DNA of 64,000 nucleotides from Octopus sinensis (lineage: Eukaryota), in NCBI RefSeq assembly GCF_006345805.1, contig NC_042998.1:194308001-194372000 (forward strand). The letters are read 5' to 3'. Both the position numbers and the translations under genes were made by a program. This document shows positions 15,201 through 27,900 of this stretch, piece by piece (the first letter of the stretch is position 1; each line of letters begins with the position of its first letter). The notes under the pieces were generated by a model. The model was not told the DNA's origin. It ran no database searches and saw only the letters and a program-made list of their open reading frames with translations.

Positions 15201-18200
15201 CAGTGTTGTGTAAAACCAGATCTTTTTAATGCTTATAATATAATGATAGTATTACAAGTGAGAAGCAGCAGGAATCTCAACCCAACCAAGTTACTTCTTA
15301 GATTAATAAACTCAATGAAACAAGGATTAAGTTTCATGCAAGTCTCTACAATTGTCTCATTCTTACAGGATTCTAACCAATGTGTGCAGCTGTCTCGCAC
15401 ATCCAGTTTTCTTCTGGCTATGTCAACTATTATCTGCAATTGCCCACTGTATGAGCGAAAAGCTATTTATATTTGCTGCTCCCAGTCAGAAAATATTTCA
15501 GTGGATTTTGTTAAAAAGGTGAGACCTAACATGTTTCTTTTATATCACTCTCACCTTTATTACTATTCTTTCATTGTCACCTACAGTACCATAACTCAGA
15601 TTTCATAATGCCCTTCTTCTTCTTCACCTTCAGTTTCTTGATCTTTCCTGATGACACATTCTTCCTCACAGATATGTAGACAACTTCTGGCTGTGTGTTT
15701 GCATTTATGTGTATGTATGAGTTTGTGTGAGTGGGTTAGTGTTTCCAAGTTGTGTTTGATAGGTTTGTAATTTCTTGACAATTGTCAAACTAGCACCAAT
15801 ATATAAGATAGTATACTTTTGTGTAAGGATCATTATTTATATGGTTACTAGCAGCATAGCCTGGCGTTGCCCGGGTATGTAAGAGCCCCTAGTAGGCAAC
15901 GACTAATCCCAATCTAGTCCTTTCCCTCTAGGGAACGAAGGCGCATGTGTAGGTTGCAATGTCTTCCCTTCACTCGAATACTTCTGTGTATACGATGTTC
16001 CTAGCTGTCCCTAGCTGTCGAGTTGTGTCCCCTAGACAGAAAACGTGTTGCATATAAAAAGCTTAGGTTCTCGACCCCATGTCGAATTTATCGATTTTTT
16101 TCAGAACTGGGGGAACTTTTCAAAATTTTCGCTGCGTTAGTTTTGAATTATGACATTGGGCTATGTGTGTGTCAAGTTTCATAAGAATCGGTTGAAAGTC
16201 GTGGTCAGGGTGAGGGTACAACCTGACAGACACACAGACAGACAAACTGCCGTTTATATAGAGAGAGATGAAGTGTTAGAGAGGGTCTGATGAGAGCTTA
16301 AATAAATTCATGCTACCAAGAACTCGAGGTATATCACATCAAGATCACAATATGTTTTACATGTATATAATTTGGTCTACTTATCTTTTTAATGGTTAAT
16401 GGTTCAGTGGCCACATTGAAATAACAAGGAACCAGTGTAATGAGAATCCAGTAGGATCTTTTTACTTTGACTGGCAGTGATAAACTGAGTTGACACCACA
16501 GGAAATTGTTGTTGACAAACTACAGCAGTAATTGTATTCACCTCAATAGACGTCATTGATTGATTGAAATTGCTGAAATGCAAGAAATTTAACAACAAAT
16601 AGCTTACAAACTACAGAATTTTCTCAAGAAAGCCAAGAGAAAAAGATGTGTTATGTAACACATTCTACTAGTATACGAAGTTTGAAAGTGTTTAGTTACA
16701 AAGAAATTATTTTTAAAATCTGCCGGTCAAAGTGAAAAGATCCATCCAGTATTATGGGAGTTCATTTAAGGAAATGTCTCTGTTATAGGAGTCCAATATA
16801 ATGGAAGTATTTGATATATCCCAGTTTCATATCCTTATTCATTCACTCTCTTCCACATACTCATCATTTTGGCAATATTTATGTTTCCTATATTTGTATG
16901 GCAGGTGGAGGTGAGAATAATATTTGAGGTGTATGAAGGGACATTATCCATTGTCTTGGGGTTAAACATCTTAGTTCAGAATTGGAAAAAGTAATACAAG
17001 TACATATGAGATTTCAGATCATAAGGAGTGTAGTGTTAGCATGAAAACAGAAGAGGAGAAAGACTTTCATAATGCAGTAGTCTTTATAGAGAATCACCTG
17101 AGTTATGTTAGAAGTAGAGTTTAGGGAGAGTGGTGATGTATACATAGGTATAATTATATTGAGAGGTCCATTCAGCATGTTTGGAGATGTTGGACCTTTT
17201 GGAATAACATACAAATATGAGAGCAAGGATTGCACACTATTTAACCTGGATTAAAGATTTTGAAAAAGAGACAGTGTATTGCTTTGGTAGAAGACTTGCT
17301 TCTGAATATGAACGAGGATGCCAGTTTTTGGTGAAGATGCCTTCATCACCATCATCTTTTAACATTTGTTGTCCATGCTAGCATGGATTGGATGGTTTGA
17401 CCAGGGTTGACAAGCTGGAAGGCTGCGCCTGATTCCAGTCTGATTTGGCATGGTTTCTACGGCTGGATGCCCTTCCTAATGCCAACCATTCCAAGAGTGT
17501 AATGGGTGCTTTTACGTGCCACCGACACAACACTAGTATCTGCCAGTACTATGATTTTACTCGGCTTGATGGGTCTTCTTCTCAAGCACAACATAATGGC
17601 AAAGGTTTTGGTCATTGCCTCTGTGAGGCCCAACACTTGAAAGGAGCTTTTTACATGCCACCAGCATGGGAACCAGTTACATGACAACATCAGCCATGAC
17701 TACTATTTGACTTGGCTTAACAGGTCTTCTCAAGCACAGTATATCACCAAAGGTCTCAGTCACTAGTCATTGCTTCTGTGAGGGCAAACATTGGAAAATA
17801 ATGCTTCACCACTTTGTCCCATGTCTTCCTGGGTCTACCTTTACCAAGATATAAAAGTTGTACTTGATTGTAGGCTATATATTTCTTTACTACCCACAAG
17901 GGGCTAAACACAGAGAGGACAAACAAGGACAGAGAAAGGGATTAAGTCGATTATATCAACCCCAGTGCGTAACTGTTACTTAATTTATCAACCCCGAAAG
18001 GATGAAAGGCAAAGTCGACATCGGCGGAATTTGAACTCAGAACGTAACGGCAGACGAAATACTGCTACGCATTTCGCCTGGCGTGCTAACGTTTCTGCCA
18101 GCTTGCCACTGTAGGATATATAAGATTTTGTAATACATCAGTCAGCTGTTAAGGTGTTATATATTTCCTCTGAAGATACTACTTTGATGGTTTAGATATT

Positions 18201-21200
18201 TTAATAGACTGTCATGAAATTCCCTGAAATTGCAGAGTTGTATATGGTAGTATTGATGCTGATATCAAATGTATGTACTTCCCTTAGTAGTATATCCAGG
18301 TTTGGATGTAGCTTGATATGTTGTCATAATATGTCTTGTAATATCACAGCTAGGCTCTGATGTAGCTTGCTTTGATGTATCCAGACTTCAATGTAGCTTA
18401 CTCTAATGTCACACCATCTGTAGAGAAAGAACACTCCAGGCAAATTTAAACCTAGGATTCATAAGAGAAAATATCAGCTCTAAATCTCATGTCCTTTCCC
18501 TGGGACATTAACAGAGGAGATCAGGTGAGATACTAACAGCAAGGAATCAAAAATGTAAACCAGATACAAATGAAAATAAGCAACTACTATTCTGTAATGC
18601 TAACTTATGATATTACATAGTTAGACTCATTAGCAGTACTGCAAGTATCACATGCATATCTATTGAACACATACACAGAGGAAATAATACTTAATTAGAG
18701 CACTAATATATCTTAAAGTGTATTCAGGCATGGAGTAAAGAGAAATGTTATTGTTGAATAGTCAGTATAATTTTCACCAGCAAGCACAGATGTATTTCTT
18801 CTTATTTCAGGCGCTTCGGCGAAGTACAACCTTTTCATAACTTACCAATATATTTAGGGAGCTATTTTTATGTATTTACTTTGTTTCCTTTCCAGGTGCT
18901 CACCCTTTCAGCAATACGTCTGAAGCACAAATCTTTGCAAGATTTAATGGTTATTCACTTACCATTCTTGGTAAACAAGTGGTTAAATGATGACCTTCCT
19001 ATCAGACAGTTTCCCTATCAACTCCTTGAGTGCTCTTCAGAAGTAGACTTCTACACGTAAGTTTACCCTAATGTTATACCAGTGATGTGAAAGGACTATC
19101 AGACACTGGTGTTTTGGTTACATTTCACCTCCTAAGTGACAGAACTTTTGGCCAGGGAAGAGTTAGATAGGAACGCCTCTTTTTATAGAAAGAAACAGAA
19201 AACAAAACATTTCTTTACGTATGCTGAAGTTTACCACGCTAATTAGCCACGCAACCTACTAGAAATAGCATTACTCTCCTAAAGAAAGACCTGTTGAATA
19301 CTGTTGTCTTAGATATACTATTTGTGAAGAAGATAAGGTGGGATAGTTGCAGCTGAAATGTCTTTGATACTTCACTTACCACACACACACACAATATACA
19401 CATTTATATATATATATATAAGTAAGTGTGGTAAGTAGCTTGCTAACCAACCACATGGTTCCGGGTTCAGTCCCACTGCGTGGCATCTTGGGCAAGTGTC
19501 TTCTGCTATAGCCCCGGGCCGACCAATGCCTTGTGAGTGGATTTGGTAGACGGAAACTGAAAGAAGCCTGTCGTATATATGTATATATATATATATGTGT
19601 GTGCGTGTATGTTTGTGTGTCTGTGTTTGTCTCCCTAGCATTGCTTGACAACTGATGCTGGTGTGTTTACGTCCCTGTCACTTAGTGGTTCGGCCAAAGA
19701 GACTGATAGAATAAGTACTAGGCTTACAAAGAATAAGTCCCAGGGTCGAGTTGCTCGACTAAAGGCGGTGCTCCAGCATGGCCGCAGTCAAATGACTGAA
19801 ACATGTAAAAGAGAGTAATATATAATTATCATTATTTCACATCTGCTTTCCATGTTTGTTTGGGTTGGATGGTTCAACAGCATCCAACTGCCTAGAGGTC
19901 TACATCTTGCTCCAATGACTCAGTTTTGGCATGATCCCTTCTACAGCTAGATGCCCTTCCTAATGCCACTACTTTACAATGTTTACTGGATGCCTTTTCA
20001 TGTCTCCACCACTAGTGAGGTTACCTTGTAACTTTCAAGAATAAAGAGAAGCCCCCCGCATGTTGTCCAACATGCCCATTGAAGTCACCAGCCACAAAGA
20101 GAAGGTCCCTGTCATTCGTCGACAAGGTAGTCTGCAAGAGGGTGTCATAAAATCTGTCTTTCTGTTCATCAGGTAGCCCTGGCTGAGGGACATAAGCTGA
20201 GATAATGGTTGCTAATCCATGTTGCAGCACCAATCTAATCTTTAAGTATTCTATCATAGACTCTGGCTTCCTTGATTACCTTATCAACCCATTTCTCTGC
20301 AAGAAGTATACTCATGCCCCTGAACCTGTCAGTGTTCCCTGCCCAGAAAATCTTATACCCATGTTCTTTGTGTGTGAGGAACCTAGCAGAATTTCCTCTC
20401 CACCTTACTTCTTGGATGCAGCACAAATCTACACGTCTCCATTCAAGCATCTCAACAATCTTACCAGACCTACCTTTCAATGTGCCAACATTAAGTGTGC
20501 CAGCTCTGAGGGTGTGGAAGGTCTGGCCCCACGAGACCCTGGGATGGGGGACTGCAGCGTCATGTACGTGAAAAGAAAGCTCGCATTTGGCAGAACTCAT
20601 AAACATACAATAGCCTTCAACCTGCATACACTATACCATAATTTTGTGTGCTACATAATCACTACATTACATAGGAGATAAACCCTAAGTAGGGATGGGG
20701 GAACATTAAACCTTTGGAGGAGTTCATGGGAAAGATATCTGATAGAAGTCAGAGGATAGAGACTTCTGGTACAGGTGGTGGGGCGGGTGCACTTAGAATA
20801 TCCAATGCAGAGTTCCAGTCAACCATAGCAGTGTAACGTACATAGAAACAAATTATATAAACTTGTATGTGTGTGTGTGTATCACTTATATCCTAATATG
20901 TCTCCATTCCAGAAAATATACATCAGTCTGTCTACCACTGGTGGCAGTGGTAAGAGCTGAGGCTGGTATACAGGAAAGCCTTGCCCACTTACTTGGTGAA
21001 AGATGGTTCCCTTTACATCTTCAGGAATGTCTAGTAACACTGCTGGTACACATTTTGCCATATTTAGCAGTGCTGGAGATTACTGAAACTGTAGAAGACA
21101 AAGTTAAAGATAAAATATCTCAAGCTAAGACGAACTATCAAACTTTACTTCAGTATTTTACCGAGGAGGTAAGTTTACCTGTTTTGCTTTCTTATTGCTA

Positions 21201-23062
21201 CCAGTGAGGTCACAACACTGTTGAAATGTCCTTTTCTAGAGATTTAATGTATTGCTAATATTTTGTATATTTGTCTTTTGTATGGTCAGTCTTTCTGCTT
21301 GCAATTTAGTGCATCTGTTTCCTCATTGAGGTCTACTGAGCTGTCCACTGCAGCCAATGTACCTGTTCATTGAGTTCTGTCTGTCTGAAAATATGATTAG
21401 GCTTTGTCTACCTAATGTATCTGCCTCTCTTACGTAGTTTAGTCTGTTAGCCAGGACAAAAACTAGCCATGGCCTTTTGTCCCACCCTCACCCTTCCCCA
21501 TCATTCACAGCCTGATGATATTGATTTGGAGGCTGTTCAGCTTATATTCCTGTATGCAAATGAATCCAGAGATCCTCTCCAGATAGTCTCCAGATATCCA
21601 ATTCCTGTTGGATACTTGGAGAGAAAAGATGACCAGAGTAGTGTGATAGCTTTTGAGATGTTGGATTTTCCTTGGACATGGCATGAAAAATCACCAATGT
21701 CTCAAAGGAGTGAGTGTCGTGGAGTTTAGTTACATCCAACAAACACTGAAGTTTTTCCCAAAATCCAGGGTTTTTATAACTGCTCAACTGACTTTAAAGA
21801 ATCGAAATTACATACAAATATTCTTTAAGTAGCTCTTAGTATTCCTATATGAGCAGTTATATTAACCAATGGAAAAACGACAATAGTATTTCTTCGGCAA
21901 TACGACATTACGTCATATTGCCAGCTACCACCAATTGGCGCCTTATTTAACCCTTTAGTGTTCGCATTATTCTGCCAAAATTAATGCTTCTTTATCCACA
22001 TTGTTTTGAACTAATCATGCATTATCTTGTAGCTATGAGATTTTGATGAGGTAGATGTTAATTTTTAAGATGATATTGTAGGGTTGGTGTGAGAGACCAG
22101 ATCTGGCCAGTTTGAACATAAAACAGGCAGAATACTTTTGGCCGGATATGGCCAGTTTAAATGCTAAAGGGTTAAAAATTGCTACTTGCTACAGAGAGAA
22201 AGAATCAGGTGCTTATAAAAAAAAAACTATAAGAGGAAGAGAAATGGAGGCATTGGACAGTTTGGCAAAAATTGTAGATGAGACAAGCATAGGCTGTTTT
22301 GTATAAGACACAGAGTAGTTAGAGTATGTTCATGAAAATGTGTGTGTGAGAGAGAGAGAGAAAATAGCACTTTTGTATATATGTGAACAGTTCTCTAATG
22401 TGAGTTATTCCAGCTTACAGATGGTGGGCAGTGGATTAAGACTAAAGTATCTTAATGAAGAAAAATCATATCAGTTTTAATGATGTGTAGTGAAAGCAAA
22501 TATCTCCCAGTTGTTGCTGGTGGTAGTAGTAGTAGTAGGTGATTGGTGTTGTTGGAATTTGTTGTGTGAGATATTTGAGGGGACAGAGCTGCATATAGAC
22601 TATCAGTCGCCTGCTTTGCTGTCTTGACACAGCTCTGGGTTCAATTGCAGATTTAAAAGCCAAGTGTGCTTTATATAATGATAACGTGGGATGGATTGTT
22701 TTCATCAGTCTGTGATAAGAAGCACTCTCAGGCAGCAATTGTCATAATAGAGTAAAGGCTAGACATGGAGAAGAATGAGTATCCATCATTGATACAGGTG
22801 GGGGAATTGACTAACAGAGGTACACAGTTTAGAATGGAACTGTCTATCAAAGTTACATGCTGCTAAGGAGATAAATTTTAGAATGTGTCTGTCCAATATG
22901 TGGTCTGTCGCAAGGTTTCCTGGCATTCCAACTGTTCTCTCTTTGCTATTTTCTTTCTTTCAGGATATTGAAAACTGTTTGAAGAAGAATGTTTCTGACT
23001 TTATTGTCCAGTTACTGCTCTGTCTAGATGAAAAACCTGATAAGTAAGCATCTTTGTCTCTA

Positions 23063-23139
<77 letters not shown>

Positions 23140-23563
23140 GAGGGCATTATTACACATAGATGCCTCACACTAGGAGGGACTCTTAAAGTCAAAACTACTA
23201 AAATTTTAGTAGTTTTAACTTTAAGAGTCCTTCCTAGCATGAGGCATCTATGTATAATAGTGCCCTCTATATAATATAAATAAATAAATTTAAAAGAAAA
23301 AAATTGATGGTTTTTATGAGGTTTTTCACTCTAACTACTTGATAAATTCTTATGAAGATTTTATCCTATTTTTAAATTGTGTGTATATCATCATCATCAT
23401 CATCATCATCGTTTAGCGTCCGTTTTCCATGCTAACATGAGTTGGATGGTTCTACTGGGGTCTGTGAAGCCAGAAGGCTTCATCAGGCCCAGTCAAATCT
23501 GGCAGTGTTTCTACGGCTGGATGCCCTTCCTAACGCCAACCACTCCGTGAGTGTAGTGGGTGC

Positions 23564-23603
<40 letters not shown>

Positions 23604-24019
23604 GAAATGAGGTAATCAGAAGATCGGATGGTTCATGTTTATAGATATTTATTTATATATTACATTTTTTACATATATATATCATATCATTCAGATTATT
23701 AGCGCTTTCTCCCATTCCAGTGGGGTTTTCAAATCAAATCAATTCCTTTGTGGGGAATTTGGTCATTTTATAGAGTTTCGTAGTAGTGAGGAGGAACAAG
23801 ATAGTATAAGAGGGTGAGGTAGATGAGGAGGAAGTGAGAGAGAGAACATGTGTTGTGTGTGTGTGTGTGTGTGCGTTTGTATCTGAGGCTAAAGAGAGAA
23901 AGGGGGAAAGGGGGAGGGGAGAGGGAAGAAGAAGAAGAAGGATTTCCTTTGGCCTGTTGGACCCCCTGGGGAGTTCTAAGAATTTTAGCTCTCTGTCCAT
24001 TCTGGTGTCACTGAGTGTG

Positions 24020-24066
<47 letters not shown>

Positions 24067-24889
24067 TTGTAACTGAACTTGCACCCTTCAAAATATTTTT
24101 GAAACAAAAGTTAGTCTGCTGGTCTAATTTGTTAGTGTTTGTATCATGGTCCCAATCCGACAAGAAAACATGAATTCTTCATCATGGGCTTTAGAAACAC
24201 TTATCTGATTTACTTTGCTATAACTGCTTACAACAGCAAAACATTATTATGTGATACATACTCCTGTGATTGGGGCATTGACAGTTAAATGTCTTCAACA
24301 CAGACACGAAATATTGCCAGTGACAGGATGGATGTGAACTACTGACTCCTACATCTTCCTCGCCTTTGGTTAATTGTCTATTATTCTAAAAGCACAGCCA
24401 AACAGGGATGTCATCTTGGCAGTCACTTTTCACTTGTTGCTCCAGTTCAGTTAATTTGAAAGAAGCCATATGAATGAGGGATCCTCTGCATAATCACACA
24501 GCTTGCAAGAAATAAGTCAAATCACCTGCAAATCAAAGCCTTAAACAAGAATGACATATTGGATAAGATGGTTCTGGATGCACTGCGCCTAGGAGAAAGG
24601 CAAGATAATGATGATAGAAATGCTTTTGATCAGACCTGCTCAATCATGGCTGACCAAGGGTTACACACAGAATCTATCAATTAAACAATTCAATACATTA
24701 TTTACATTTGATGGATATTTGTCCTCATCTTGTTTGTTGTTAACACAACGTTTCGGCTGATGTACCTTCCAGCCTTCCTCAGGTGTCTTGGAGAAACTTC
24801 AAACCTGGGTTCTCATTCCTAAGGTATTTTTCGATGATGATGATGACGATGACGACGATGAGGAGGAGGAGGAGGTTGTTGTTGTTGTT

Positions 24890-24920
<31 letters not shown>

Positions 24921-27900
24921 TTGCTGCTGTTGTTGTTGTTCAGGTCACTGCTCTGGAATCGAACTCGGAATCTTGGGGTTAGTAGCCTGCACTCTTAACC
25001 ACTATAGATCAATAACTGGCTGATGTGGTATGAGGTGATTATTATTAGATTGAAGGTGAAGATCACCTGTGCACAGCATTGCAGTTGCAAACATACTGCA
25101 CTAGACGCTAGGTACACTGTTTAAAAGTCCATTTTCTTTGGATAATCTTTGTGTTTGTGTGTGTGTGAGAGAGAGAGAGATAAATGGATATCCCAGCATC
25201 TCAACTCATCATTTCATTGTGATCACACCAACCCTCAACTCATTTTTTCAGTGTGTTAACACCAAATCCTAATCCGCCATATTACAAGAGAGATGTCATC
25301 ATGACAACCCTGCAGTACCTTGCCAACAATTTTTCTTCCAGCATCACTGAAGAACATAAGCCAACTCTTGTGCATTACCTGTCCCTACATGCAGTAAGTG
25401 ACCTTTTGATCTTTTTACAAGAAACAAAAGACCTGAGTGTCTGGTGAGTCTGTATATTTGTCAGTGACATTGTACTTCATGACAATAAAGAACCAGTGAT
25501 GACTAGAGAGACAGTTTGGTTTGTGTGTCACTGGTGTGATGTTGTATGCCAGTTGGGATAGAGGACCTACAATTACTGGAGATGACCCGACTGCGAAGAC
25601 TCGACAAATAATGTGAGTTCATGGCTGTTTCCTGCACCAGCTTTACATAGAAGCCCCAGCCTTTCCAAAGTGCCTTGAATCGCAGGACGGCCTCCTGTGC
25701 TTACCTTGGATCGTAGGGCGACCTGCTGTGCTTGAGGAGACCTATTGAGTCAAGTACAGCAACATCAACATCAAAAAATCAAATAGAAATTGTAGTTGTG
25801 ATACCTATGCCGGTGGCATGTAAAAAGCACCATCTGTACATGGCCGATGCCAGCGCCACCTTGACTGGCTTCCATGCCAGTGGCACATAAAAGCACCAAC
25901 CGATTGTGGCTGTTGCCAGCCTCCCCTGGCACCTGTGCCGGTGGCATGTAAAAAGAAAACGGACGTTAAACGCTGCTGCTGATGATGTTGTATTGTATAG
26001 CAGTGAAGGTAAGGACCCTGTACTGACTGAAGGGGTTATTGTGTATATTTCAGTGCTGTAATCATGCATGATAGGGAAAATATTAACCCTTGTTACTGAA
26101 AAGCTATATACTATCATTCATTCCATAAATACACAAAATCAGTTTAGACTAATTGCACAAGTTCTCTTTCAGGATCACTTCTGGAAGATTCTGTTGCTTC
26201 TGGGAGTACATCTGAACAGCTGCAGCCAGTTGTCAGAGCAGTACCGACTCATGTGCAGCTATCACCTCTTTGTTGACCTTTTACTCCAAGAATTTGATAC
26301 CAAACTCGGTGACTGTCATTTCTATATTTTTCGAGAAGTACTCTGCCGCATTTTATACCTCATTGAGCGACTTGGACAGCAAATCAAAGTGTAAGGATAT
26401 TTTATCTATTAATTTTTGGCCATTCTCTAGGTTGTTGAGCAATTCAGCTTGACTCTCAGCTGTCAATTTTGTCCCTTGGTGAAGCACATTGATTAATCTT
26501 TGGAGTGGTCAGTGGAAATAGATGATAGTACTAATGGTGTTGTTGATGATAGTTTTATCTTAGAATGTGCTTTAATGCATGTGGCAGGTTCATGGTGGCA
26601 TCTAAAAGTTCTTAACAAATGAAAACTTGTTTCCAATTCATCATTTTTTCACCCCCTTTTTATCACTGCATTCCACCTCTTGTGTTCGTGTTTTGTAAAG
26701 TTCAATATCCCAAGATCAGCTTAACCACATTTGCTCATATCTTCTTGTCTTACAGTTTCTTTGCACCTGTAGCTTCTGGTATTTTTTGTTACCCACATGT
26801 CATCATCCATGCACATTACATGTCTATACTAACAGTCATTTCTCTTGCACTTTATATACGAAACCTCTTACACCTAGTTTTTCTCTCAGTTCATCACTCA
26901 TACTCATTAACCCTTTAGCATTTAAACTGGCCATATCTGGCCAAAAGTATTCTGCTTGTTTTATGTTCAAACTGGCCAGATCTGGTCTCTCGCACCAACC
27001 CTACAATATCATCTTAAACATTAACAGCTACCTCATCAAAATCTCATAGCTACAAGATAATGCATGATTAGTTCAAAACAATGTGGATAAAAAAGTGTAG
27101 TGATGCTACTGTGTAGGGTTCGGCGCGCATGCGCAGAATGGGACTACTTCCGGGTGGCCACCGGAAGTCTTGCTCAAATCTCCCTCTTCGGCTAAGACAG
27201 CATTGCGATCGGACGTGAATTCATAGGCTCTGACAACCACTCGTGCTACGACATAGCGCCAACGACCATCAACCAACTTCAACAAACTAACACGAAGCTG
27301 TATATCAGAGGCTGTCTTTCTCCCACCAGACAACGTACGACATCGCAATCAATAAACCAGAACTACTGTCTTTTCACCATTTAACCTGACTTCGTCTGTA
27401 TTGTTTTCTAAGATTTTATATGTGACTAGATCGGATATCGACACCCTTTCAGTGCTTCGATAACAGATCCTTCGTTACAAAAGCATTAATTTTGGCAGAA
27501 TAATCATCATCATCATCATCGTTTAGCGTCCGCTTTCCATGCTAGCATGGGTTGGACGGGTCAACTGGGGTCTGTGAAGCTGGAAGGCTTCGTCAGGCCC
27601 AGTCAGATCTGGCAGTGTTTCTATGGCTGGATGCCCTTCCTAACGCCAACCACTCCGCGAGTGTAGTGGGTGTTTTTTACGTGCTTTTACATGTCACCGG
27701 CACGGGGGCCAGCCAAGGCTGGCAACGGACACGAACGGATGGTGCTTTTACGTGCCACCGACACGGGGCCAGACAGAGCTGGCAAACGGCCACGAACGGA
27801 TGGTGCTTTTACGTGCCACCGACACGGGGCCAGACAGTGCTGGCAAACGGCCACGAACGGATGGTGCTTTTACGTGCCACCGACACGGGGCCAGACAGAG

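Noticed and set aside
21469-21787. Overlapping ORFs on both strands
   Set aside because: Short, no recognisable homology; ATM frame is complete without them.
24783-24998. Poly-Leu/Val/Asp/Glu ORFs
   Set aside because: Trinucleotide microsatellite inside the SINE-like element.
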